Assembly: GCA_949358305.1 (NCBI GenBank)
Contig: OX442314.1
Span: 6,200,001 to 6,264,000, forward strand
DNA length: 64,000 nucleotides
Origin: Strigamia acuminata
Lineage: Eukaryota
Reading direction: 5' to 3'
Shown: one piece after another, positions 35,713 to 48,952 of the stretch
Layout of the letters: each line of letters opens with the position of its first letter
Numbering within the stretch: position 1 is the stretch's first letter
Notes under the pieces: model-generated
Database searches by the model: none
What the model was told of the DNA's origin: nothing
The model's input: the letters and a program-made list of their open reading frames with translations, nothing else
Made by a program: the position numbers and the translations under genes

Positions 35713-38700
35713 TTATTTCTCCGGCGCATCCAAATCATTTTGCATTTCCTCGTCGCCGCCATTTTCCGTTTTCTCCACATCGGCGTTCAAATTGGGCTCG
35801 AGCAGCTCGACGGGCACACTGAACCGCTCCTCGTCGTTCTTGTCCTTGTCCTTGTCGGTCGCGCACTCCAAATTCGGCTCGAGCAACTCGACCGGCACGC
35901 TGGACCGGTCGTCGTCGTTTTTGTCGGTCGCGCGCTCCAAATTCGGCTCGAGCATCCACTCGTCCATCTGCGGCGATTTGTCTTTGACGTTCGGGGCGTA
36001 TTCCAAGTTGGGCTGCGACAGGGTCGAGTGGTCGGGCACCGAGTGCGGGGCTTGTACGCTGGCGGTCACGTGGCTGAGGATTGCTTTGATTTTGGGCGCG
36101 ATATCGCGAGCGGAGGCGGAGGCGGAGGCGGAGGCGATGGGGGGAGACTGTTGGTGTTCGTTTTGGGCGCAGTCGGGTGTCGGGCTGCGGTTAGAGCGGT
36201 AATTGTCTAAAGAGTAATGCATTCTGATTCGTAAGCAAGATGAGGCAGCTTGTCGAGATAACTGTTTGCTCCTACTTTGGTCTGGTCTGTAGATGATTTT
36301 TTTGCTCAGGATCTCGTAGCTGGTGCGGCGGCACGACGGCGACGTTTCGTCCACTTCGTATCTCAGTTTCTTCGCGAAGAAATTGCGCCCGACGACGTTG
36401 TGCTTGAACACGGTCAGCATCACTTTCTTCATGCGGTTCCTGGCGCGATTCAAACAGATTAGAGAAAAAAGTTTTTGTCTTATTTAATGAGGTGCGTGCA
36501 AACTTTCTGTTAATAGCGTTTATGCCGTTTACTGTACTCGTACAGTCGAAACTCTTTATAACGAATCGCAAGGGACCCGAAAAATCGATTCATTATAAAA
36601 AGTTTCGACTGTATTTCTACGAATGTGGAATTTCACCAATGTGCCAATTTTGACAACATGTTGTTCAAAATTGGCTCACCCTATTGCCAATTTCTATTTC
36701 ATTATATTTAAGCTGTAAAATAGAATAAAATAGAAATTGATAAAAAAGAGTGTGCCGATTTTGCAGCTGGGTCAACTAAACATTTTGAATTAAAGGTCGC
36801 TTTCGAATACAAGCCACCTTCGGTTAGAAGTAGGCCTGTGCAAATTTGCGATATATTGCAATATCGCAGCTAAAGTAGTCGGTAGCTGTCGTTTGCAAAA
36901 TATTGCAATATCGCATATCGCCAGTGTTGTATCTCGTTCACCAAATCGTGAACTAGTTCATGTTCGCGTTCATCACCGTGTGAACTAGTTCATGTTCACT
37001 ACAATTTTTTTCAAAGTGAACTTGAACCAATAGTTCAGTTTTTTTTATGGTTTGTAGTTTGCAGATGGAAAAAACACACTTTTTTTTAGTAAAGCAGTCG
37101 TTTTCATTGATTTTAATGACCAAAATGCCTGTTTCCGCCGTTTTCATTGTAAAAAGTGATCAAAATGAATGTTTTGATGATGCAGACGTCATCAAACCAT
37201 TTAAAACTGATGCAAAAAGTTACGTTTTTGCAACATTTTTATCATCAAACATGGTGAACGCGAACTTCGTTCAAGTTCACTCTTAAAAGTGAAGAAAGTT
37301 TGTTTTTTGCATTCACTTGTAAAAAGTGAACTAGTTTGCGAACTTAGTTCGTGTTCGATACATCACTGCATATCGCAATATACGAGTATTGCGACACGCG
37401 ATATATGCAATTTACCGAATGTCTTGCGAATACATTTGCTTAATTTTATTTTCACATTTTTAATTTCAATTGGTTTTTTAATACATTTTTTAAAAATTAG
37501 TTTCTTTTGGCATGCCATTTGGTGTGTTGCAATGAATTGCGATTACACCGCTCATTCTCTGCGATATATCGCAAATAAATGGCCCAACTGCAGTATCGCA
37601 TTCGCATTCGCTTCAAAGAGTAATCACACAGGCCTAATTACAAGTCATGGCAAAAATTTGTGCATGCAATTCTAAGCTGCGACTTCAATTCAAAGAAATA
37701 CAGTGCACAAACAGCCAAAATTCTAAGCAAAATCGCACATAACCATGAATGTGTGCACCGCACGTAGCACATGCAAGTCTGACCCCTCAATCTGAATTTT
37801 GAATTTGGTTGTAAAAACAAAAAACCGGCATAAACCATTTCAAAAACATCTCCAGTGTGTACTTTTTGTTTTTCCGTTCGCATAACACGAACCCACTTAC
37901 TGTTTGGCTATTAATTCCAGAATTAACATCAAATACTGTCCGAGGCCCACTCTGCGCACCGATTCGTTCAACTGAATCTCATAACTAGAAAAAAATACAA
38001 TCCAATTCTCAGAAAATTAATTAATTAATTTCTCCCAAAAACTCGACGAATCAATTCGTACCAATACAAAACTTCGATGCCGTAATCCAAATCAAATCGA
38101 AAGTGCACGAACGCCACGTTCTGGCCTTCCGCGGTCCTCACGATCAAATACCACGCTTTTTTATTGGTCAGCTCCTCCATCTTGATCTTCTCGCTCCATC
38201 CCCACTCGCTCTGCTCGTAACTACGAAGAAAAATACCAATAAAGTCGATGATTTAAATCGAAATTATAAATACAATACAACGCACAGCGTGTGCATGTTC
38301 TCCCTGGTTAAGGCCAGTGCCCACGAAATGGTCGATCGGTTCAACTCGGTCACTTTGTGGCAACTAATCAACAGGTTTTGGCTGTGCAAAAATTAGAAAA
38401 ATTAAAAAAAAATTATTTTCATTTTTATTTATTTATTTATTTTGTACCCGCTTTGAGTGTATCTTTTAAATGCTGTTAGTTGAGAGAGCTGATTCGTTTT
38501 CTGGTTAGCAGCGTCGACTAGCATTTGCGCAGTCGCAAATGGGTAATTTTCAGCCTAAATGCAATGGAATGTTGGTTAGTTCTTGCGCTTTGTTTTCCTT
38601 TTGTTTTCGTGCGTCTTACCGTACAATACGGCGAATAGAATCCCTTGTCGACGATGCGATCGCTTTTCTGAAATTGGATAAGTTTTTCAAATTGTTTGAA

Positions 38701-39386
38701 ATTAAAAATTTAAAAATTATTTAAAATTAAAAATTTAAAAATTATTTAAAATTAAAAATTTAAAAATTTTTTGAAACAAAATTTTTTAAAATTATTTGAA
38801 ATAAATTTTTTTTACAATTTTTTGAACTTTTTTTTTTTTTTTAAACTTTTTTGAAATTACTTTTAATTTAATTTCTACTTTCTAAAGTTTTAATTTTTGC
38901 AACAACTTGTAATGTTTATTGAATAATATTCGAATTTTTTCGAATTTTTGTGCATACTTTCTTGAAATTTTAAATTTTTTCCATTTCTTCTTGAAATTTT
39001 AATTTTTTCTCCATTTTTTCTTGAATTTTATATTTTTAAGCATTTTTTTCTTAAATTCCTAAATTTTCGCAGCTTTTTAGAAATATTTATTGTGAAATTT
39101 TAACATTTTTTCGACATTTTAACATTTTTTCGAATTTCTTTTGAAACTTACACTTCTGTCCACGAGTTTCATTTCTGCCGAGTACGGAGCAACGCTCACA
39201 CAAACTCGTTTTCTCTAAACAACAAAATAAAAAAACAATTAAAAATAAAACATTAAGAATAAAAAAAGTCTGTCCCAAAAACAGCACTAAATCTAGAAAT
39301 TGCAAACAATTGTCGAAGATTTCGTTCTTAACTAGAATAGGTCTGGCGCAACGAAGCATCGCAGCAATCGGAACTCGACTCACCAT
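35713..39386 (-). CDS. NAA40: N-alpha-acetyltransferase 40 (NatD) with an acidic C-terminal extension; 5' exons uncertain
   Basis: VDAAN...FKRY; WALALTRENMHTL; EWGW..KMEELTNKKAWYLIVR; AFVHFRFDLDYGIEVLYCYEIQL..VRRVGLG; MKKVMLTVFKHN...FF...YEVDETSP...YEILSK. Confidence 0.9.
36831..37636. mobile_element. hAT-like MITE (taggcctgtg termini) in a NAA40 intron, containing a nested MITE
   Basis: taggcctgtg ... cacaggccta. Imperfect 8-bp flanks gttagaag/attacaag. Confidence 0.65.
36922..37368. mobile_element. hAT MITE (CAGTGTTGTATC termini, 8-bp TSD catatcgc)
   Basis: catatcgc|cagtgttgtatc ... gatacatcactg|catatcgc. Internal gaactagttc motifs. Same family as 53096-54919. Confidence 0.85.
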
Positions 39387-40275
39387 CGCTTTTCAAAGTC
39401 CAAACTCTGCTCAGCAAATCTGATTTAAATTTTGAACCTTCCACATGTCACCACGGATACCAAAATGGAACACAACTAATCAATATCGCAAATTTGACCA
39501 TCAAAAATCATGAAATCCATCTTCTTCGCACCGCCATCAAGCGGGAAAAAAACTAGATAAACCCCGAACGACTCCCCGTGGTTAACCCCAGGCTCGAACA
39601 ATCCATCAGAAATAAATAAAATAAAAATCATTATTAGTTGAATAAAATTCATTTATATCAACATTTTACGACAAAAAAAAACAACTAATTTTAATATCGT
39701 AGATTAACGGTAAACGTTTTGAGCAAATGGTTGAATTAATATAAATTTATGCATTAGTCACGTCCGGTAATAAATTTCACTACGGGAAGCCGCGTACGAT
39801 TTACTCTAATTTCGATTTTCACCACCAGATGGAAATTAATTTAACATTAAAAAACTAAAAAATAAATAGAATAAATCGATTTTAATACAAAAAAATTACA
39901 CAACAAACCACAAAATAAACGCTAAAAAAACAATTCAACCACTAAACAACCCAAAAACCAAAAAAAAAACAAAAAAAAAATCATAATTCACAGCGCCCTA
40001 GCTACGAAACCAAAAAATAAATACAAAATAAAAAACAAAAACGAATCCAATTTCCAACGAAACCAAATAAAAAAAAACAAAAAAAAATAATCCAATCAGA
40101 TTAATAAAAACTAATCCGACTCCGTATCACCAACGTGACCAAACACACGTGTTTTATTGGATCCTCGCAGATCCCACGTGGTCTGACCGCGTGGCGTTGT
40201 TTAGTCGCCATATTCCTCCATCGCCGTTCACGGACCAATTTTCGCCCGAAAGGACGCGCCCGCCATCGTTTTTAA

Positions 40276-43200
40276 ATGAGCGACGAAGACAGAGATGTAG
40301 ATATCGAAAGCGACGTGAGTATCGCTCGCCCACAACGTCGTCCATGTTTTTTTAGTTGATCCCTACAAATCGATTTGTCTTACTCCATTAGGATGAAGTG
40401 GACATCAACTCGAAGCATTCTGGAGGTCAATTCCAGACGCAGGTCAGTGCGAAAGTACGTTTCGGTGCGCCAATGGCGGAGAAACCGAGTAGAAATGCCT
40501 GAAATGCGTCGAAATTGACGGAAGGAAGGAAAACTGGGCGCAATTTGGCCCGTTTTTCGGGCTTTTGGGTGTCGGGTGGGGGAAAGCAATCGATTAAGAG
40601 CGTGTGATTAAAAATGGTGGATTCTGGCGTTACGTAATTGCGGCTGCGGAAGAGGAATTTGATTGTGTTTATTTCAGGCGGAAAAGCGCGCACACCACAA
40701 TGCGCTGGAACGAAAACGACGCGATCACATTAAGGACAGTTTCAGCAGTCTGCGCGACTCCATTCCTGCTTTGCAAGGAGAGAAGGTGCGAATGGTAATT
40801 AAACGAATATTTTATTCGTTTTTCGTTTAATTTTGCTTGATTTTAAGGGGAATTTTGGCCGAGACGAGGCTAAACCTACGGTAATTTGATGGTTTTTTGA
40901 TCTATTTTTATGTTTTATTTTTTGTTTGGAATTGATTTTTGTGTTTTTGGTGCGAGGAAATTGATTTTTGGGGCGGAAATGGTTAATTTGGTTAAAGTAT
41001 CGATGGGGTAATCGTCGTGTTGGTGATTAGTGGGACAAAGAGTTGGTTAGATGCACGGCCTACGCCATGTTTGATTGTTTTTAAAAATGTTTGATGTCGT
41101 GATCACGTGGCTCGTTTGGTTTTGTGGAAGAAAAAATTAGTACAAAATTGAGTTTTTTAAAATCTAAAATAGAATTTTTTGATCTAATATTTTATTTTTT
41201 CGATCTAAAATTAATTTTTTCATCTAAAATGCCATCTAGTGATGGAAAAATTGATTTTTTGACACCCGAAATTAAACTTTCCTCACAAAACCAGTTATAA
41301 TAATCATTTTAATCACATTTTTGCTTATTTTTCATTAAAATAGCGATGTATTAATCGTTAAATTACTGATTGAGACAAAATATAGTTAGATGCACAGCCG
41401 ACGCCATGTTTTTAAAATTTTGGGGTATATCTATGACGTTGTTGATCACGTGGTTTATTGTTGTAAAGGGAAAGGGCCCTTTGTTCGAAAATCGTTTTTC
41501 GGAGTCTTATTTTGTTTTTGTTCTTCCTGTTTTCTGGATTTGAAGGCGTCACGTGCTCAGATCCTTAAAAAGGCTGCGGACTACATCCAGTTTATGAGAA
41601 AGAAAAATTCATCCCACCAGCAAGACATCGATGATCTCAAAAGACAAAATAATCACCTGGAAACACAAAGTAATTTCTTATCGAGATGACGGTATTCGGT
41701 TTGACGTCTATTTTGTATTATTTACTTATTTATTTATTTTTATCTATTTATTTGATGCAGTTGGAGGGACACTGGAATGATTTTTGATTGGTTACAGATG
41801 TATGAATAAATAAATTGGAATTTAATTGTAATTGTAATGTGAAATTTGAGCGAATAGTTGGTATAGAGTAATTTTAATTTGGTCAGATGTGGCGGCCATT
41901 TTGGAACTTGGGTGGAAAAGCAGTGGTGTAACGATAACGACTGAATGGTGATTGGTGGGGGTCATGTTAATGTATGTGATGAAATAAATTTTGATGAGAT
42001 TTTTTTGTTGTTTTTAATCCGGATTTTTGTTGAGTTTGTGGCGAATTTGGCGACTGGAGATAACTTGGAGATTTTTTTGATGAGTTGAGATTAAATTTGA
42101 GCATTTTTTTTGTAAAATTGTGACATTTTGGAGAATTAATGACATATTTTTGTACAATTATTACATATTTTTGTAAAATTGACATGTTTTTGTACAATTA
42201 TTACATATTTTTGTAAAATTGACATGTTTTTGTACAATCATCACATATTTTTGTGCATTTTTGACGTATTTTTGGCATTTTTGTACAATTATGACGTATT
42301 TTTGAACTATTATGACATTTTTGTTGTAAACTTACAACAAATATTCACAAATTGTAGAAAAGTTTGCTAAGTTTAAATAGAATTTCGAATTTTCTTGAAA
42401 TTTTGGTATGGTTGGAAGACCAGGGCACAAAGTTTAGAAATTTGGGATAAAAATTTGAAAAAATTCGACAATTAATGAAGTTTCTATTGGGATGGTTTGT
42501 TAGATGTTACACCACTGCTCATAACAAATTTTATTTTTTCTAAATTTATTCACATGGTCCCTGCAACTATTACATTAAATAATTAGAGACTTTGCGTTTT
42601 GCTAGCAATCGGATTAGCAAATTCCTAACACTTTAACATGTTGCCAGAAATTGTTTTGCTCGCATATCCAAATTTGATAGCACAAACAAACTGAGCTTAC
42701 GCAAATGCTCAAATGTCCTAAAAAAAAAAGAAAAAATGCAATTTAGTAGCATGCAATGTTTTTAATTCAGGTTTTTTGTTTTCAGTATTCGGTAACGGAG
42801 TACGAAAAAAAAATTCATTATTCGGTAAGCGGCAAAATGCAAAGTCTAATTCTCTAAGTACTTGGTAATTTGCGTCAACTTTGCTCAAATGGTTTAACCA
42901 TTTGTCTGCGTGTGGAGAGGAAGAGAAGGACGAAAAGCAGGCTAAAATGGTCTGGAAACAAGCGAACTTATGCAAATGAACCATCAGAGTTAAGCTTGCG
43001 TTGGGTTTGTATATTTTCGGCTCGGTTCGCATTTTGTTCGACCCATTTAGAGATATATGCAGGACGTTATGGACAGAACTTACGGCACGAAGTCGTTACT
43101 TAAGATCAGGGCATTTATACGAGGGGTACTCAAAAATAACTGGAATGTGTGCCCAACAACTCCGTTTGTCAATCGAGTTCCCAACTCGATTCGACGATTG

Positions 43201-44740
43201 GATTCTGGATTGGAATTCATTAAATGATGTCAGCAGTCCATTGTTGCGCATTATGCAATCACATTTTGGTGTGAACACAGCTCCATCCAAGTGAATATTG
43301 AAACTGTTCAGTTGGATCTGATCGGTCAAATGCAATTAATATGCGTTGTGGCTGACAGTGAAAGGGTTAATCAGATTTTCATATCTACCAGTTTCAGGCA
43401 GGATTGGAGCCTGTATGGTAAAAACCCAAAAACCACAAATTTAATATAATAATCAGTAGCTGCATTCAAAAACTCTAAAACGTATGCAAAACTCGTTTCG
43501 TGTTTGTACGTGACGTCATTCCCATTGAATAACATTCAATGGGAATTGGACTATTAGACCATGAAATTTATTTGTTGGGCCTTGGTGGTAACTCCAAGGA
43601 TGTATGGAACCAGTTTAGTTACCTTGAGAATTTTTCAAAGTTAGGATTAGATGGGGGTTTCTTCTTTCCACTACATCAAGAATAGAAGCAAAAGTCACAG
43701 TTTAGCTTAAGTAGGTTAGTGTTATGTGCATTTATTGCTATTAACACTCCTATCTTACTTATGCAAGTGGGTTAGTGGGATACTCCGGACAATAATAGTG
43801 ATTTTAAATCTCGCTATAAACGGGTCATTGAATGAGTATTTTAGTTTGTAATTCTGTTTGAGTCCCGGGTAATTCAATTGGTAGAGCACCAGTCTGGCTA
43901 ATGGGGGATCTGGGTTCAATTCGAGGCTTTTCGGAGTTCGAGATGTTTTCTTTTTTCAATCAGAAATTTGGGTGGCGGGAAGTAAATGCTCTCAACCTTG
44001 TTTTTACACGGTTGATACTCGTACATTCCAGAAAAAAACGTGTTAAAACAAACAAGCGGGGGCAATTTCCTAAATATTTTGTAGAAAATTACAGTTAATG
44101 GAAATATTTTTCCTTAAAAATTTAAATTAAATTTTAAAAAGGCAATTATATTTCTAATACAGTCGAAACTCTTTATAACGAATTGCGATATAACGAATAC
44201 CTAAAAATGGCCCGTTTGGTTGGCTGGCCATAGAACACCATGTTAAAAAATTTCGATATAACGAATTCTCATTATAACGAATCGATTTTTCTGGTCCTTT
44301 GCGATTTGTTATAAAGAGTTTTGACTGTAACGAATTCTCGTTATAACAAATAGATTTTTCTGGTCCCTTGCGATTCGTTATAAAGAGTTTCGACTGTATA
44401 ACGAATTCTCGTTATAACGAATCGATTTTTTTACTCCCTTGCGATTCATTATAAAGAGTATCGACTGCAATCAATTAGTTTGAGTGAATTGAGATAGAAT
44501 GTTTTATTCAAACGTGCTTTCGCAATTTCAGTACGATCCTTGGAAAAGGCGAAGACGATGGGGACGTTTGCCCACCAGAGTTCGGTCGTGGATTCGGCGT
44601 CGTTGATCACCAATCCGAAGGGGAATGCCGTGTCGGCCTTCGATGGTGGGTCCGGCTCGGAGACCTCGGACTCGGAGTCGTCGTCACAAAGCCGACGGAA
44701 AAAGTTAAAAACGAGCAGTCCAAACACCAGCAGTAGTTGA
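40276..44740 (+). CDS. MAX: Protein max (bHLH-Zip Myc partner)
   Basis: [13 protein letters not shown] | [17 protein letters not shown] | [36 protein letters not shown] | [41 protein letters not shown] | IRSLEKAK...RRKKLK; stop at 44740. Confidence 0.97.
43862..43930 (+). pseudogene. Degenerate tRNA-like sequence (tRNA pseudogene or SINE head) in a MAX intron
   Basis: A-box-like taattcaattggtagagc and B-box-like gggttcaattc at tRNA spacing. The stems are imperfect. Confidence 0.45.
44160..44468. mobile_element. Tigger/pogo-like MITE with reiterated right end; relatives at 36543-36611 and ~46340-46480
   Basis: TA|cagtcgaaactctttataacgaa ... ttcgttataaagagtttcgactg|TA, with the terminal ~60 bp present three times. 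Confidence 0.75.
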
Positions 44741-47370
44741 ATTGATCAATGCTCCCAATCTGTCCTTAAACACACATCCTGCCTAAACTCCATGAGAATG
44801 AATAACAAGAAAAATAATATAACAACAATAATAACTTATTTGAAAGAAAAAAACAGTTAAAATGTCTCGATGCATGTTTTTGAATACAAATTACAATGGC
44901 AGGTGAAATTGTTTATTTATGAGTAGAAATGTTGGAAAATGTTGGTTGGCCTGGCTAAAACTTCGTATTTTGGGGGAGAACTTGAGTGGTGAATTTTTCT
45001 TTTTCTTTTTGTTTTGGGATTGATTAATGTTTTTACAGAGCTTGTATATATGTATAATCTTAAGAAATGAAAAAAAAGAAAAGAAAAGATAAGAAATTTT
45101 AATGTGAAATCAATATATATATATTTTTTAGTTTTTGACACATACCTCAGAATGATGAAACAAAGAAAGATTAAGAAAACACTCCAATGTTGATTTTAAC
45201 AAAAAGAAAAAAAGAATAAATTGTGTAGCCTGTGATTTTGTAGTTGACAAGTCTTTCAAAATGAATACTCAGTGGATCCCAGCAATTGTTGTGTGTTGTG
45301 TGTATGCAGTTTTGAGTGTTGCTGTTAAATATGTCAATTTTTATTGGATTAATATAGTTGAGGAGATGGTGAATGAATGCTGTGCATACACTAGTGCTGA
45401 TAATTCTAGTTAAATTTGAAGAAGTGTTTAAGATTTTATGAAATTTGTAGCTTTCGCAGTGGAAACCATGATTTTTAGAGTTGTGAATTCAAAAGTGAAC
45501 TAGAAAAATTGGGAAATTGTTTGATTTTCTAGTTCAGTTATGAATTTGCTATGAAGATTGGGATATCATGGACTGTAATTATGAAATATTGGATAATTTG
45601 TATCTGGCATAATTGAAAAATTGTTAATTTTATATTATTTAACAGAATTTTTAAAAGATTTATGGAAAATTTGGGAAATTTTGATGAAATTTATGGAAAA
45701 TTGCATTAGCACTAGTTTTTGCACGGCATTAAATGCAAACTCAACAAATTGGTAATAAATATGGAGATGCAAACACGTTGCTACAATTTGTTTTTCAATT
45801 AACTGAGCAATCAAAGTTTTGTGTCATAATTTCTGCGTTTATTTACCTGTGTGAGTGAGTTTGCTGGTTTTACAAGCAAAAAAATTAAATAACGAAACAA
45901 GCTGATTTTAAATTTATGGCAGCAAGATGATTTGAACGGTTCAAAGTCAAGATTGTGTGGCATTTGCAGACTTAATTAAGCTAATCATTTTTTCCCCTTC
46001 TCCAAATTGGCTTAACTTACATTACATTTGAGGCATTTGCTGATTAAACTTGCAACAGACAAAAAATATGTAAATAAATTGAGATTGAATAAATAATTTT
46101 TTTTTAGATTATATTTTTGTGATGAAATCATTTGAACAAAAGTTTTATTTATCAATATTTTTCCAAAAATGGACAGAAGTTATGTTTAACTTGTAATTTA
46201 ACATGTTTTGTTGTTTAAATGTCCTGTGCATGACTTTACAAATGTGCCTAGTTTAAATAATCATTACAGATAGAGCAAGACCGGCGCAGGCAGACCTTGG
46301 TTCCTTGTGGCCTCACACTGAGGTTCCGCATAGCATAATGATACAGTAGAACCTTGTCATGACAAACCGCGATTATAACGAATTTTTTGTTATAACGAAT
46401 CCTTAAAAATGGCTTGGTCAGTCGGTTAGCCAATTAACTAATCAATTTCTCAGGTCCCTTGTGATTTGTTATAACTAGACCCCAGATATTTATGCAAAAT
46501 AAAATTTGTTTTATTTGCACCAAAAATTCTATTTTATGCAAAATAAGAATAAAAATGTAAAAAATTAAAAAATTTATTCGAGCGAAATCAGGTGTTAAAT
46601 AACAACTTAATACCATTTCAAAGTGTTCTTGATGTAAATGAATTATAATTAGTAATTACAATTCATTTTTTTTCTATTTTTTTGTTTTTTTTTTATTTTA
46701 TTTCTTAAAACTTTTTCCAGACACTAATTTAGTGACTTCCCCTGGTGTCTGTTTTTGGCGCAGTCCTCAGTTTTCCGACTGTAAGCATATGTACACGATA
46801 CGTGTCTTACTAAATAAAAAGCAGAAATAGATATGTACATGTTACGTATCGTTAAAAAAAGACACAAATCGCAGTTTTTTCCCGGAAAAATGGTAATTTA
46901 TGCATTTATTTCTGATTTTCGGAAAAATATGCATTTATAGCCAATTTCATCTGTTTATTGAATGAAAATAACTCCTACGCATTTATGCATTTATCCGATG
47001 GTTCCTATGATATTATCTATTTAGTTTAGTAAAATTATATGATTTTTCGATAAAAAATATTTATTTTGCAAATATTTTGTAGCCCCACTAATAAGCTTTT
47101 CTCGAGGTCCCGCTAAACCTCCAGCGGGTCTTGTCAATATTTCTTCTTTTGTTTATCATCAATTTTGGTCTTGGAAATATTTTTACAGGGGAAGATGTTG
47201 ATTTTGTCTTCTTTGTAACATACAGCTGTTGTTCATTGTCATCTTCACTGAAATAATAACATTTGAGAACCATCAAATATAATTTTGACGTTGCTGTTTT
47301 TGCTGTTATTAGTGTTTTTATGAACCAAACGGACCAAAAAAATAATATAAACAAATTTTGAATGCTTATA

Positions 47371-47475
47371 CAGGGTGGTCAGGTCGTCATACTACCCTTA
47401 CAATAATTTTGCTGAATCAACATCTAGAACAGTTTGGGAATTATTTACATAGAACCAGACTTTCTGACCACCCTG
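47371..47475. mobile_element. Small Tc1/mariner-type MITE
   Basis: TA|cagggtggtcag ... ctgaccaccctg|TA. Confidence 0.7.
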
Positions 47476-48042
47476 TATTGTTTTTATAGGTACCTGATTA
47501 CATGTTGGCAAGTTGGTGTCATTTCACTGTGAGCTTGTAGGAAAAATGCACTGAACAGAACAAAGGAAAAGAAACAGACCAGCAGTAATACAAGGCAGCA
47601 GTTGAGTGATGCTTTTTTCATTTTAACACTAGCTGAAATCAGGTAAAGAAGTTTTGTATGAGCTGAATATATCCAGAATGGTCTAAAACATACCACAACG
47701 GAAGATTTAAATTCTTTTTCTAATCATTTAGGTGTGCACTGAGTAGCAGCTGAATGGAGAATGTTCCCTAGAAAGAAGAATTCAATAACAATAGTAAACA
47801 TGTGTTCTGCACTTGCCAGTTCGTTATCTGATAAAAAAAACATATTTGCTGATTTTACCGAAGATTTTACCGAAGAACCCGAGTCAGGCCTTCCTAGAGT
47901 TTTTTGCAGCATAAAACTTTTCTACAGCTTTCTGCCCAGACTTCATACGGAGCAAGACTGGTAGTTGATTCAAGTGAAGGTTGGCAAAGTGGTTTTACCA
48001 CATAATTCAAACTGTCTTGATAATTGCTGAATACATTTTTAA

Positions 48043-48575
48043 TGTGGTATTGCCGTATTGATGCGGTATTTGCCGTATTGATGCGGTATTTGTGGTATTG
48101 CGGTATTGCGGTATTGCGGTATAGATGCGGTATTTGTGGTATTGCCGTATTGATGCGGTATTTGCAGTTTTGCGGTATTAATGCGGTATTTGTGGTGTTG
48201 CGGTATATATGCGGTATTTGTGGTATTGCCGTATTATGCGGTATTGATGCGATATTTGTGATATTGCGGTATAGATGCGGTATTGTGGTATTGCGGTGTT
48301 GATACGGTATTTGTGGTATTGGGGTATTGCGGTATAGGTGCGGTATTTGTGGTATTGCCATATTACGCGGTATTTGCGGTATTGATGCGGTATTTGTGAT
48401 ATTGCGAAAAAGATGCGGTATTTGCGGTATTGTGGTATTGTGGTATTGATACGGTATTTGTGGTATTGGGGTATTTGCGGTATAGGTGCGGTATTGATGC
48501 GGTATTGCGGTATTGATGCGGTATTTTGGTGGATACCGTGGTATTAAGTCGTAAAAAAATACCGCGGTACCGCAC
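48043..48575. repeat. Degenerate (gcggtatt/gtggtatt)n simple repeat
   Basis: Direct reading; it gives the spurious IPQIP ORF. Confidence 0.85.
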
Positions 48576-48952
48576 ATTAGGCTATTGTACACCTTTGCTG
48601 GACTTACGAACAATCCGACTTGTGAACGCCCCAGGCAGCACAATGATTTAAGATCCGATATCAATGTGATATAGAAAGTGTATACAGTATTTCTATATCA
48701 TTGCGATATGATGTCTAGAAACCGCAGACCCTTGACAGAATCCACATAAACATCTAAAATCACACTCACAAAATATCTTTAGGTTTGGTTTTAAAATGTA
48801 AGTGGTAAAGAAAATAAAGGAGACCTTCTGGCTTGGTTGTAAAAAGAACACTGGTTGTATTTTATTTTCAAAAGACTAGAGAATAAAGGAGAGGGGGGAA
48901 AGGATATATGGCGCTCTCTCATTGGTGAGCGAAGGACACCTGCTCCTAATTA

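Noticed and set aside
42718..43335. ORFs of 77-104 aa in the long MAX intron
   Set aside because: No recognisable domain and no consistent splice signals.
47894..48664. 256-aa IPQIP-rich ORF
   Set aside because: Derived from a simple repeat plus the edge of the segmental duplicate.
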